A DNA stretch of 64,000 bases, taken from Octopus bimaculoides. Lineage: Eukaryota. Location of the stretch: the NCBI RefSeq assembly GCF_001194135.2, contig NC_068981.1:74106203-74170202 (forward strand), written 5' to 3'. The notes beneath the pieces were generated by a model that was not told the DNA's origin, ran no database searches, and saw nothing but the letters and a program-made list of their open reading frames with translations. Below, piece by piece: positions 37,020 through 49,584 of this stretch. Positions within the stretch are counted from its first letter, which is position 1. Each line of letters opens with the position of its first letter. The translations under genes were made by a program, and so were the position numbers.

Positions 37020-37345
37020 GGATCTTTTTTAAAACGGGGGCCACATTTTTCATTAACGAAACACATTGAAACTTGGATCACTGGTAGAATGTGTCATATA
37101 AAACATCTTTTTCTCTTAGTCTTCTTAAAAAAAAAAGAAATCCATAAATTATTTCATGTTAAAGTTGTCGTATTTCTGTAATTTCAACCAATCACTGACG
37201 TCCATTCAGCCGATATACATTAAGTGCCGACTACATAAACAAACGATTCTGAAACAATTAACCCTAACCCTAACCCTAACTCTAGCCCTAACCCTAACCC
37301 TAGGGTTAGGGTTAGGGTTAGGGTTAGGGTTAGTGTTAGGGTTAA
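37020..37345 (-). mobile_element. Telomere-repeat element, copy 2, with (CCCTAA)n-(TTAGGG)n polarity switch
   Basis: Inverted near-identical copy of 26951-27236; the switch is at CCCTAGGG (37298-37305). Confidence 0.9.
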
Positions 37346-37767
37346 AGCAAATTTNNNNNNNNNNNNNNNNNNNNNNNNNNNNNNNNNNNNNNNNNNNNNN
37401 NNNNNNNNNNNNNNNNNNNNNNNNNNNNNNNNNNNNNNNNNNNNNNNNNNNNNNNNNNNNNNNNNNNNNNNNNNNNNNNNNNNNNNNNNNNNNNNNNNNN
37501 NNNNNNNNNNNNNNNNNNNNNNNNNNNNNNNNNNNNNNNNNNNNNNNNNNNNNNNNNNNNNNNNNNNNNNNNNNNNNNNNNNNNNNNNNNNNNNNNNNNN
37601 NNNNNNNNNNNNNNNNNNNNNNNNNNNNNNNNNNNNNNNNNNNNNNNNNNNNNNNNNNNNNNNNNNNNNNNNNNNNNNNNNNNNNNNNNNNNNNNNNNNN
37701 NNNNNNNNNNNNNNNNNNNNNNNNNNNNNNNNNNNNNNNNNNNNNNNNNNNNNNNNNNNNNNNNNNN

Positions 37768-37815
<48 letters not shown>

Positions 37816-39349
37816 ACGCATATACATAGGCACATATATTTCTGTGTTTGTTTGTGTGTGTGTGTATGCGTGTGTGTGTGCGTGTGTGTGTGCAAACGCA
37901 TGGTTCTCGAAGTGTCATGTGATGCAGTGGGCATGAGTCCAAGAAAGGCTGCACTTCCTGTCAATATTAGTGTCATCTTCAAGGTTTTTCAGCTAACATA
38001 CCTACCCATAATTTTGTTTCTTGTTTGTATACAGATCATTTCATATCCAGGTCTTGTTTGCATGTTGTATGGAAGGCCATCAGGAACTGAGTATTTCCTG
38101 AGGATCTCACTGCCGATACGTAGGATGTTGTTCTTTGCTTTTCAGCACGAAGTTTATATATTTATTTTTGGTACTATTGTTTAACAGGTGCTGTCTGAAA
38201 GTTACTAAACAACGGATGTACTTATATATTTGCACAGGTAAATAATTTTTCAACCCACACACTTCTGTGTTAAACATAATGAATGACATTTTCATAAGCT
38301 GAAATATATATGTATAATCTACATCGATCTGGCCTGCAAGGGTTTGCACTCAAATTTCGTTCCCGGGCCACTGATATCGTCTCTTGCTTTTTGTGTTAGC
38401 AGTGCAATATTCTCATTTTTAAGTGATAAACTGTAGATTTTCGATAGAAAATCAGAACCAGCATTATAAGTTACGACGTTTCTTTTACGAATACGTCTAT
38501 GTAAACAAAGGTAGAAAAAATAGGTACTGGGTGTATATGCATACGTTCATATACTCTCTCTCTCACTCTCTCTCACACTCTCTATCTCACTCTCTCTCTC
38601 TCTCTTTTTCTCTCTCTCTCTCTCTCACAAACACACAAGAGTACGTATATGTGTGTGTTTTCAATAATATTTTTCTTATCTATAACAACGGTTTCTTTAG
38701 ACAGCTGTGTGATAGAATGGAGTTCTCACGGTTTTTCGGTTGAGCAATAAAGCAGGCTTGGAAAATACAATAAAACCAACAAGAACAACATAACTATTAT
38801 TAACCGAAACAAAGACACAGCATTGTCAGCTGCAAATCTTAAGTGAAATGATACCATCAGACATTCGGCGTCAAAGACAGTTGGCAAATGCTAAGTCGAC
38901 ATTTGGAATTTCTCACCAATATGCAACAGTGGAATCTGGGAATTCTTCATATTAACAAAGCGAAAGATTTAGCTTTGGTCTTGATAAGAACATTTTTTTT
39001 TAAATGACAATCTTCATTAGTCATACAACTTAATCTATTTCAGTTCTGAACTTCAAAGTAGGATTGAAAAGTAAAATGTATATTTACATTTTCCAAGCAC
39101 AGTAGTTTACTCGTCTACATAAAGTGAACATGAGAAAGAAATAGAAACGCAAGACACAACATACTAACCTCGTATAGGATTACTTGTAGTTCAGAGGTAC
39201 AAACACCTACACTTTTATTAAATGCTCTGTTATTTCTTATATTTGCATATATTTATTTATTTATTTAGTTATTCATTTGTGGTGGTCGGTGAGTTGAAGA
39301 ATAAGAATTAGTAACACTTGCAACTGCATAAATATACATATATATATAC

Positions 39350-39439
<90 letters not shown>

Positions 39440-39541
39440 TAACAGGCAGCTATATGTCTGCATAAGATCAGCAACAGAGGATGTATTTTAACATACTAAT
39501 TGTTCCCGCCTACTCATGTACAACATTGTACATTTACATAA

Positions 39542-39975
39542 AGCGGCGAGGTGGCAGAAACGTTAGCACGTCGGGCGAAATGCTTAGCAGTATTTCGTCT
39601 GCCGTTACGTTCTGAGTTCAAATTCCGCCAAGGCCGACTTTGACTTTCATCCTTTCAGGGTAGATAAATTAAGTACCAGTTACGCACTGAGGCCGATGTA
39701 ATCGGCTTAATCCGTTTGCCTGTCCTTCTTTGTCCCCTCTATGTTTAACCCCCTGTGGGCAATAAAGAAATAAGAAACGTCAGCACGCCGGGTGAAATGC
39801 TCAGCGATATTTCTTCTGTCTTTAAGTTCTGAGTTCAAATTCAGCCGAGCTCGGCTTTGCCTTTCATCGTTTCGGGGTCGATAAATTAAGTACTAGTTGT
39901 ATACTGACGTCGATCTCATCGAATGGCCCTCTCCCCCAAAATTTCGGGCCTTGTGCCTAGAGTAGAAAAGAATAT
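39542..39975 (+). mobile_element. Head-to-tail dimer of SINE family B
   Basis: Full copy at 39542-39775 followed directly by a second copy at 39776-39975 with a different 3' tail. Confidence 0.9.
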
Positions 39976-39994
39976 TGTACATCTACATATCGAT

Positions 39995-40118
39995 GCGTGA
40001 AAGCGTGTGGCCTAGTGGGTTAGAGCATTCGGCTCATGAGGTTCAGTTCCTGGATTGGGTAGTGTGTTGTTTTCATGAGCAAAACACTTCATTTCACGTT
40101 GCTCCAATTTACACAGTT
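39995..40118 (+). mobile_element. SINE family D fragment
   Basis: GTGGCCTAGTGGGTTAG..GAGCAAAACACTTCATTTCACGTTGCTCC; related to 54620-54790. Confidence 0.55.
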
Positions 40119-40169
40119 GGATCCTAGTGCATCTCTCTCTCTCTCTCTCTCTCTCTTACTTTTTCCCTC

Positions 40170-40272
<103 letters not shown>

Positions 40273-40721
40273 CTCTTTCCATTAGTCACATCCTGAATGT
40301 GCTGAAGATGTCTATATTTGCTTGTGACTAGATAGGTTTCTAAAGCAATGAGCAAAATCTTGCTACGTGTTTCCAAGCCATTTTCGCTCTCGACAGATTG
40401 TTGGCTGTTCTGTCAAGTCGATTTTCTCCCTCACTACTACAATTAGAACGATGGAGTGTATGCTGAGTTGGAGAAATCTAATTTTAGATTAAAGAACTGT
40501 ATATTATAATAGTAACAGAGAAAACTTTAGTAGTTATAGAATGTAGACAGACGGCCTTCTTTTGAAACACATATAGGATGTTGTATGCCTAGAAGCAACT
40601 CTGTCCCTAATATGTGAGCAATTTTCTATTGGAAAGAACGCATTAAAATTTTGAATAGAATTGGCAAATGGTTAAGGATTAGATATTTTTTGGTGGTACA
40701 CAGGAAGATTATACTTTAAAC

Positions 40722-40867
40722 CAGGCATGTGCAACCTTTATCAAGAAGCTTAACTCAGGGCACTTGTTTCTTTGTCAGACAGGCCGCACTACTAGAAATA
40801 TTGAAGATAACTTTCCGCTAGAAGTGTCACTCAGAAAATCTTGCGGGCTGCAAGTTGCTCATGAGTG
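40722..40867. mobile_element. Old hAT-like MITE
   Basis: Imperfect 16-bp TIRs (12/16) and a degenerate 8-bp TSD, CTTTAAAC / CTTTAAGT. Confidence 0.45.
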
Positions 40868-40914
40868 CTTTAAGTTTTTACTTTGGTGGTATATGCATGT
40901 TATGTGAGTATGTG

Positions 40915-40927
40915 TGTGTGCGCGCGC

Positions 40928-41010
<83 letters not shown>

Positions 41011-41024
41011 GTGTGTGTGTGAGA

Positions 41025-41061
<37 letters not shown>

Positions 41062-41152
41062 GTGTGTGTGTGTGTGTCTATGGAAGGAGTACGTGCGATT
41101 GTATGTGAGATGTTGTATGTATGTTTGAGACATGTATAGGCGCACTCGCATG
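40915..41152 (-). repeat. Compound-microsatellite block duplicated in inverted orientation at 50714-50906
   Basis: The non-repetitive core (CATGCGAGTGCGCC...CTTCCATAGACAC) is identical in both copies, and the order of CA/CT/CA/CT/CA/CG tracts is the same. Confidence 0.9.
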
Positions 41153-41199
41153 CGCGTCCGTACGCGTGTATGGCCATGTGAGCGTTTCTACCATAAGCG

Positions 41200-41896
41200 G
41201 ACATCAAAGATTGTGAGGTTTAGCTAGTTATGGTAAGAAATTCAATGTAGATCAACTATGTGTTGTTCACGTGTAGGTGGTGGTACAGGTTACAATATTG
41301 TTTGTCTGTTTTGAAGTTATTGAAAATGCCTACGCTGTTATGTCACATTTGCATGTTGCACTCAGTACAAACATGGCGTAGGACGTTTAGATCGCGTGAA
41401 AATGGATGACTCACTTGTACAGAAGAAGTGTAGGATGTTGTCATTTGCCTCGGAATGTGCGGTATTAAAAGTGACAGCGACGTCATTGATATACAAGAGG
41501 AAGTATGTATGAGAAACCTTGAACTGATTGATATAATGTAGGCGAGAACCCTGTTAGGGTAGTCTAACAGGATAATTTTCGATGTAGGCGATGAGAAACA
41601 GATGGAATCCACAGGCACTCAAATTGCATGTTCTAAGCGGGTAATTTAAAGAAGGTTTGAATGTCATTTTTGGCAAATCAAACAACTGTGGAAATTTTCA
41701 TTTTGGCTCGGAATATTAGCAGGTAGTGATGGAGGTAGATGGTTGGCAGTCTCGGACAGGTTTCTTCACATGCGATTAGCATAAGAAAGAGCATTTTTCA
41801 TACGATAGAAGTCACCTTTTTTTGTTTTCAAGAAGGATCGTGTTTCCATAAGTTAGTAAACCCTTGTAAACTTGAGATGCATAAACAGAAGGATAG

Positions 41897-41983
<87 letters not shown>

Positions 41984-42780
41984 GATAAATAGATAGATAG
42001 ATAAATAGATAGATAGATAGATAGATATATAGATAGGCAGAGGGGTAAACAGATTGCTCGCTAAATACATGCATACATAGGTACGTACGTAAAGACAGAC
42101 AAACAGACAGACAGACAGATAGATAAAAATATACTTACAGACATACAGACAGACTGCCAGACAGAGGAGAAAAGGTGAAAGTGTAAATTGGTATGAGAAA
42201 ATGCTTAAGGTTAATGAAATGAACATTGTCAGGAAAATAGTCTTTGACGAATTGGAAGGAAGAAATAACTTGTTTTTTTTTTATCTTCAGGAAAGTTCAA
42301 ATAAAGCAAAAGTATGATTAAGATTAATTTCAACAATGGCCATTACGTCTTATTTTGTTTGCCAGATACGGCGCACGCAGGATGGCAGCCATTGTATCTT
42401 TTTCATAAGACTATAAGATGTAGTTTGAAGAAGGCCATGAGTGGTATTGCTAAGGGATGACAGGCGGATGGAGTCCGTATGCAGTCAAATTAGTGACCAC
42501 ATAGGAGCTCATTTGACTTGTAGAGGAAACAAGTTGTTGGGCTTGGTGAATGCGTGAGTGAATTGTGACAAGTCAGGAAACAAGGCTCACGGGAAGTATA
42601 TTTTGAAAGTATACAGAGTCAAAATGATAGCAAAACATCGAGCGAATGTAGTAAATTTATCCGCAGGTGCACTACTTAAAGATCGACTTTCGTTGAAGAT
42701 AAATGAATAGCAGGGAGCATTTTGACAACAGAAATCCCCAGCTGCAATTTGGGACACGAGGAAGTTTGTATGCCGAACAT
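41200..42780 (-). mobile_element. Decayed L2/CR1-group LINE interrupted by (GATA)n at ~41893-42030
   Basis: FLLYINDV remnant near 41480 and a DK..F..F tether-like remnant near 42650; heavily mutated. Confidence 0.5.
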
Positions 42781-42793
42781 TACTTTCTTCATA

Positions 42794-42956
42794 GGCGCAG
42801 GAGTGGCTGTGTGGTAAGTAGCTTGCTTACCAACTACATGGTTCCGGGTTCAGTCCCACTGCGTGGCACCTTGGGCAAGTGTCTTCTACTATAGCCTCGG
42901 GCCGACCAAAGCCTTGTGAGTGGATTTGGTAAACGGAAACTGAAAGAAGCCCGGCG

Positions 42957-42997
<41 letters not shown>

Positions 42998-43223
42998 NNN
43001 NNNNNNNGTGTGTTTATGTGTCTGTGTTTGTCCCCCCACCATCGCTTGACAACCGATGCTGGTGTGTTTACGTCCCCGTAACTTAGCGGTTCGGCAAAAA
43101 GAGACCGATAGAATAAGTACTAGGCTTACAAAGAATAAGTCTTGGGGTCGATTTTCTCGACTAAAGGCGGTGCTCCAGCATGGCCGTAGTCAAATGACTG
43201 AAACAAGTAAAAGAGTAAAAGAG
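42794..43223 (+). mobile_element. SINE family A, full length, young
   Basis: GGCGCAGGAGTGGCTGTGTGGTAAG head, CCTTGGGCAAGT CORE-like motif, internal (TA)n/(TG)n, GTAAAAGAG tail. Confidence 0.95.
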
Positions 43224-44030
43224 TTGTTGTTATTGTTTAGCGCTAGATTCGAACCAAGTTGATCAGGCATACAAGCAGAAGTTCCCCAATCATGACATGT
43301 CCGTAACCTGGCATGTTTAAGGACAATGTCTAATGTATTCTTCTTTTCTAAGTTGATAATGTATGATTTGGTTAAAATTTGGTTGCTGTTTCTAGCAGAT
43401 CAAGCAACCGTATTGAAGCTTTCCCTCTTCTCTTCTCTTCTTTTTGTCTCTCTCTCCCTTTCTCTCTTTCTTTTGATAGTTGTCTTGTCTGGCGTTTTGA
43501 TGGCAATCTCCTAGTCATTGGCAGTAGGCAGTTTATGTTCCCATTGAAGCTACGAAAGAGCCACTTGAGAGTTTGGCAGGCTAGTGTTAGTTTTGTGAGG
43601 GATGTGGAGATACATACTTAGGAACATTGAATTAGGAATCTGATTAGCTTTGAAAATTTAGTATGCTGACCAGAAACACAAGTAGGAGAGGATACTAAAT
43701 AGCAAGGGCAATTTTGCAACGGAAATGATTCGGGTTCCGCATCAGTAGTTTCTTGAGTGGGAGAAATATTACAGCCCAAGTGGTCGTTTCGCTGAAGACA
43801 TCGAAGATGACGTCTTCAGACAGAGAGAATTTGAAGTAGATGACCCTAATGACGGACAAGAAATACTTGAACAACTATTGGTCGTTGTTTTCAGCTCAGC
43901 GAGTGATAGCTACGTCATCAGCATGGTGCTTAGAAAATTGGGAAATTTAACCAGAGCAAAAATATTCATGACGTCAATTTTAAAAAGAACAGCAGTAGCA
44001 GAATGAATCTACTGTTTATAAAACAATATT

Positions 44031-44335
44031 TACAGGGTGCTTTCCAGAAGATTTGAAACTTTTTAGGAGAGGCAGTTATAACTCGTAGATTATTGTAATT
44101 TCAGTCTATCATTACTATACATCTAATAAGTTGACCTGCTAACTTTTACTATTCCAGACTGAAAGGGACTTTGGACACCCCCTATAAAACACTGCTTGTC
44201 ATAGCTGACTACTTTGCAAAATGCAGTCGGGATGTTAAAATGTTTTGGGCAAAAACGCTACAGAAACTTATGAAATGTTCCAGGCTGCTTATGGATTAAC
44301 TTTTTTTCCGCTGGCACAAGAAGTTCAAGGCTGGT

Positions 44336-44406
<71 letters not shown>

Positions 44407-44935
44407 AGGTGTGAGAGGAAGACGGACGTCCGAACATCAGAGCTGGTTGAGAAAATTCGAAGTTATTTGGATAAAGACTGTCATGTATCTATAAAGAAAA
44501 TTAGTAGACAGTTTGGAGTTGGTGTGCCAACTGTGCACAGAATTATAGATGAAGATCTGAACATGGGCAAAATTTGTGCTAAGCTTGTTCCCAGGGCATT
44601 CAGTGACGAGCATCCTGGTAACTAGTTACTGGACGAGAGATGGGCACTAAAACTGTACCTCACCTTCCTTACAGTATAGACCTTGCATCCTGTGACTTTT
44701 TGATTGTTCCCCAAGTTGAAGGAAAACATATGGGTCAGTCGTTTTAAAGGCGGTTGTGACAAAGGTCCCGAACATCTTTACTTTGGAGGGCTTCCATGAG
44801 CCCTTCATGAAGTAGCTGGAGCGCTATAACAAATGCATTGAAGTCAGAGGGTCCCACTTTGAAGAAGGGGATAAGACTTTTGTTCTTCTCTGTAAATGTT
44901 CCCCCCGAAAAGTCTTAAAGCTTGTGGAGTGTACT

Positions 44936-44940
<5 letters not shown>
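44031..44940 (+). mobile_element. mariner transposon remnant, internally deleted
   Basis: KNATETYEMFQAAYG, VPTVHRIIDEDLNMGKICAKLVPR, PHLPYSIDLASCDF and YNKCIEVRGSHFEEG*; degenerate TIRs; (GA)n insertion at ~44342-44400. Confidence 0.85.
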
Positions 44941-44989
<49 letters not shown>

Positions 44990-45832
44990 ATATATATATA
45001 TAGTAAGTAGAAAGTGTGAGAGAGAGAAAAAAATGTTTTAACGGAGATATTAAAAAGTGCAGTTATAACGATAAAAGTTACCAATATTACAGTAAATATA
45101 TTTGTGTGTGGGGGGGGGTACTCATTTACGCATAATATACACATCATGTATACATACAATTTAGCATTTTCCTCGAAAATTACTAATGTTTATCGTTAAT
45201 AGCAACTTTCTTTATATTATAGCAACCTCTCAGAACATTAATTTTAATCTCAGACGTTGCATTCCAGTTAATTTGAAATGATCATGTAATTAAACATATT
45301 TCAATAAATACGTTATTAGCTTATAGCAAGTGACTTGAGGTACGCCTCAGATAAGTTATGCCGGTAACCAACTATTTCTATAGTGATAAAGATTTCAAAT
45401 TCACTAAACTTTCTTGTACCAGTTTTCATATACACTGGTATTTCCTAATACCAACATAACAGTACAACCCATGTCGCTAGAAATTGAATTTTAATGTACT
45501 TAGTTGCTAGTTAAGGCGAGATAGTCTCTCGGGATAAAAACCAATAATTGTAAATCTAGTGCACTCTGATTAAAATTCAGTCAGGTTTACCGTTCATTCT
45601 TCTATATGGCAGTTAATTTTAGAAGTAATATGACGACAGAGTATCTATAGTATTCACTAAATATATTTTAGTTGTAGTCAATGGAGGGAAAGTATGCAGA
45701 ATTCCTGAAGGTATTAGTCATGTTTATATAAATCTGGATAACATTTCAACCGGTTATGTTAATTAAGGAGAGACAATATGTATGAATAATATACACATAA
45801 CAACAAAACTGCACATTTATTCATGCAGTACT

Positions 45833-45964
<132 letters not shown>

Positions 45965-46174
45965 AGAATGATGCATCTATTATTTGAGATTTATGGTTAA
46001 CTAGCTTAAAAGCCGCACTCTGTTAGCGCCTGCGGAGGACTAATTGGACCTGCGGCCCAAAACTAAAGTGAGCCAAATAGCATGACAATAATACGTCTAT
46101 AATGACTATATGCACCACCGGGGCATATAGAGGTTAAGGACAAATGAGAATTAATTCTATAGTGCAATCATACT

Positions 46175-46532
46175 ATTGTTCCAGTCCCAAGTTGAATTCC
46201 AACCGTTGGCCAATTTGTCCCAAATTACTTAGCTCGGAGTAAAATTGCAGAAGCGAATGTCATTTATCTCCCCTTAATCTTTGACGTCATCTGACAAACA
46301 CCAAACCAAGATGGCAGGAATCAGCCAAAATTTACCCTCAAGAAATAGCAACTCAAATACTTTTAAATCAGAACCCAATATTTGATGTTCAAGAACCAAA
46401 TGAAGGGCAGATTTTCAATCTGGGGATCATCCTGATTCCAAAAAGGTATGCTATATCTATGCCTTGCAAATGCAGACTGAGATACAGGGGTTCCAGACGG
46501 ACAAACAGAATTTCGCTTTTATTATTATAGAT
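46175..46532 (+). mobile_element. Possible Helitron/Helentron-associated non-autonomous element
   Basis: Ends in CAGACGGACAAACAGAATTTCGCTTTTATTATTATAGAT, resembling the DINE/HINE 3' ends I recall; the left end is undefined. Confidence 0.3.
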
Positions 46533-46639
46533 GGAAAGTACACTTTGTCGAGTATTGCTCAAGAGTTTACAAGAAATGATGAACAATTAGATCGTTAAAA
46601 TCCAAAATGGTGTTAAGACTTTGCATTATGAATACCTTT

Positions 46640-46833
46640 TTTCTTTTATCTTTTACTAGTTTCAAATCATTAAACTGTAGCCATGCTGGAGCACCACTTT
46701 GAAGAACTTTTAGTCGAATGAATGGACCCTTACCTGGTACTTATTCTACTTGGCCAAGGTGCCACACACGCAGTGGGACTGAACCAGGAGCCATCTGATT
46801 AGGCAGCAAACTTCTTACCGCACAGCCACAAGC
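46640..46833 (-). mobile_element. SINE family A with a large internal deletion
   Basis: The tail (CCATGCTGGAGCACC) is joined directly to the head (CCAAGGTGCCAC..GCAGTGGGACTGAACC). Confidence 0.7.
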
Positions 46834-47319
46834 TATCCTCTCTAAAACTGCAATTGATATTTTCGCTCGACATCCAGACTGTTTGTATACACATTATGTG
46901 GCTCCTGTTTCAAAGATATCAATCTGACTTCAGTAACAAGAAGGATAAGTAACCTTCGTTGACCTGCAAAGTTTAGTCGAAATGAAAGAAAACGTTGGAA
47001 TTGTGTATACAGATGAGAGGTTTCATAATATATTCACATCTGGATCTAATTACTACATCAAAACATAAACAATCAAAATGGTCGGTACCTAGCCCAATAT
47101 GTATCAGTGTGTGTGCGTGTATGGTAAGTGCCTGTACGTGTATATGTATGTGTACATGCATATATATATATGTAAACGTGAGCTGAATATTGATTGATTG
47201 CAGATAAATGAAATACTAATTGTAGGCTGGCGTTAAATAAACCAAACAACCAAGATTTCAAAAACGTTAGTGGAAAGTATCTTCCGGTGCTTTAGTAACT
47301 GTTCCAGCTGACAGATCCT

Positions 47320-47374
<55 letters not shown>

Positions 47375-47825
47375 AGAAGATTCCTCTTGCAGCATATAAT
47401 AAACAAAATTCAATCCTATTCCCATATCTACTCCTCCCTTCCCCCCGCTCCCTTTTTCTCACTCCCCCTCTTTTTCTCGCCCTCACATTCGTGGACTCTG
47501 TATTCCTTTCTTTCTAGTTCGTCACCAATATATATATTTAAAGGGACACACCAGAATTGGTTGGATCGTAGTTTTGCTCTACAATGTTAAAAAAAGAAAG
47601 AATAGAAATTGAAAACAAATAGGGGAGTAGGTATATGCTTCTATAAAGTAAGACCTGCTTTATCGACAGTTCTCAACTACAGCCAAAGCGTTCATTTCTT
47701 TTAGCTACATGAAAGCAAAATTCTTTATTTTAACAGATCATATTTGGAAAGCAATTATTTCCATTATCTTTCCAGACAAATAATGAGAAATGGGCAAGTT
47801 GAGTAATCCAGTCGTTTGCTGTGTA

Positions 47826-48157
47826 TCTTTTACTTTTTTCTAGTCATTGAACTGCGGCCATACTGGGGTACCAACTTAAATAGTTTGGTTGAATGAGTCG
47901 ACTCCCGTACTTATACTTTAAGACTGGTACTTACTCTATGGGTTCATTTTGCCGAACCGCTTGGTGGTTGTCAAGCTGTGTGGAAGACGCGCGCGCGCGA
48001 CGGGCTTTCACTCAGTTCTTTCTGTCAAATTCTCTCATAAGGCATTGCACGGTTATAGTTGAAGACAGTCACCCAAGGTGCCACGTAGTGGGACTGAACC
48101 AGAACACACATGGTTGCAGAGAAAGTTTCTTAAACCACACGACTATGCCCGTGCCTA
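47826..48157 (-). mobile_element. SINE family A, degenerate
   Basis: TTTGCCGAACCGCT, CCCAAGGTGCCACGTAGTGGGACTGAACC. Confidence 0.75.
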
Positions 48158-48341
48158 TGTAACGTAAAACTTAAAATTATGTTGTAGCTTCAGTTTATAA
48201 GAATCCTTTAATTTTATACATTGGTCATCCAATCCTAGACTCTAGAAAAATTGTTTCCTTTTGATGACGCCCTGCATGTTATCTCTTTTGGTAAAAGTAA
48301 AATATTAAATTGAAAATAATTTTATGCTTTTGTTTCTCTAG

Positions 48342-48353
48342 GGTATTAGCCAG
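48342..48353 (+). CDS. Candidate 12-nt microexon (GISQ or phase-2 VLA)
   Basis: TTTTATGCTTTTGTTTCTCTAG|GGTATTAGCCAG|GTATAA. Confidence 0.2.
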
Positions 48354-48617
48354 GTATAATTACTGCATAAAAAGGATTCATGTCATCTTCTTCACTTCTA
48401 TGTCTAACATCCCTAGACTCGGACTAAAATATTGACCCAATCTTACCTCCCTAGAGCGTGCATCATCTGGTATTCCCTGTCATTGCCTTATTCATTGCTC
48501 TTACTAACATTCAAGCCGAAAATTAACGTTCAGCATTGTTGTCAATATTCTCGGAGGAGGAGGAGGAGGAGGAGGAGGAGGCGAGAGAGGGCGAATAGGC
48601 AGACATTGAATAGATAG

Positions 48618-48672
<55 letters not shown>

Positions 48673-49274
48673 GTTTAGACATTTCTATACACTCGTAAAT
48701 ACACAGAGATACAGACGCATTCACACATACACCACATATACACATAGGGAGAATTATAGTAAAGTATATCTTTCTCTCAGTTTCTTTCATTCCTTTCTTC
48801 CGTTACCTTTGGTGATTTGCTTGTCAAAGGAGATAAGATAATGACAAAACAACGCCCAAATTGTTTTGTTTGTGTTTGTATTTATATTTATGTTTATATC
48901 TGAATGTGTGTCATTTGATACAAAGGTCATATTTTATGATGATATTCTCAACAACTCCAATGTCACAATTTATCAAGTCGATTGCAAAAGCCTGTTCTCC
49001 ATTGAGTTAATTCAAGTGTTTTTCCTCTCTTGTATATTTTTTTACGAGTTATCTGGTGTTAAAGTAATTATATAGTCAACCATTTCATTAACAATAGAAT
49101 TGAATGTTTGTACAAATTTCCCTTACAGCATATACGTCACTCCCCAATAATCTGAGCAGAATAATAGCGGTCGGTAATCATACTTCTTTATGAAAGCATC
49201 ATATTTATCACTTTTCTTCTCTAAAAGAGATGAAGAAATAAATCTATAAACATTGGTGAATAGATATTTACCTT

Positions 49275-49485
49275 TTGTTTTTTACGTGTTTCAGTCATTG
49301 CATTGCAGTCATGCTGGAGCACTGCCTTGAAGGGGTTTTAGTCGAACAAATGGACCCCAGGATTTATTCTCAGTAAACCTAGTACTCATTCTATCTGTCT
49401 CTTTTGCCGAACCACTAATTTAAGGGGACGTAAGCAGACCAACATCGGTTGTCAAGCTATGGTGGGGAGACAAACACAGAGACAT
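49275..49485 (-). mobile_element. SINE family A tail (head lost in the gap)
   Basis: CATGCTGGAGCACTGCC..TTTAGTCGAACAAATGGACCCCAGG..TTTTGCCGAACC. Confidence 0.8.
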
Positions 49486-49536
49486 AAATACATATATACA
49501 TGCATACATACATACATACATGCATACATACATACA

Positions 49537-49584
<48 letters not shown>

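Noticed and set aside
37259-37345. Chromosome end or telomere-fusion scar
   Set aside because: The arrays are short, embedded in a repeated body, and oriented opposite to a fusion.
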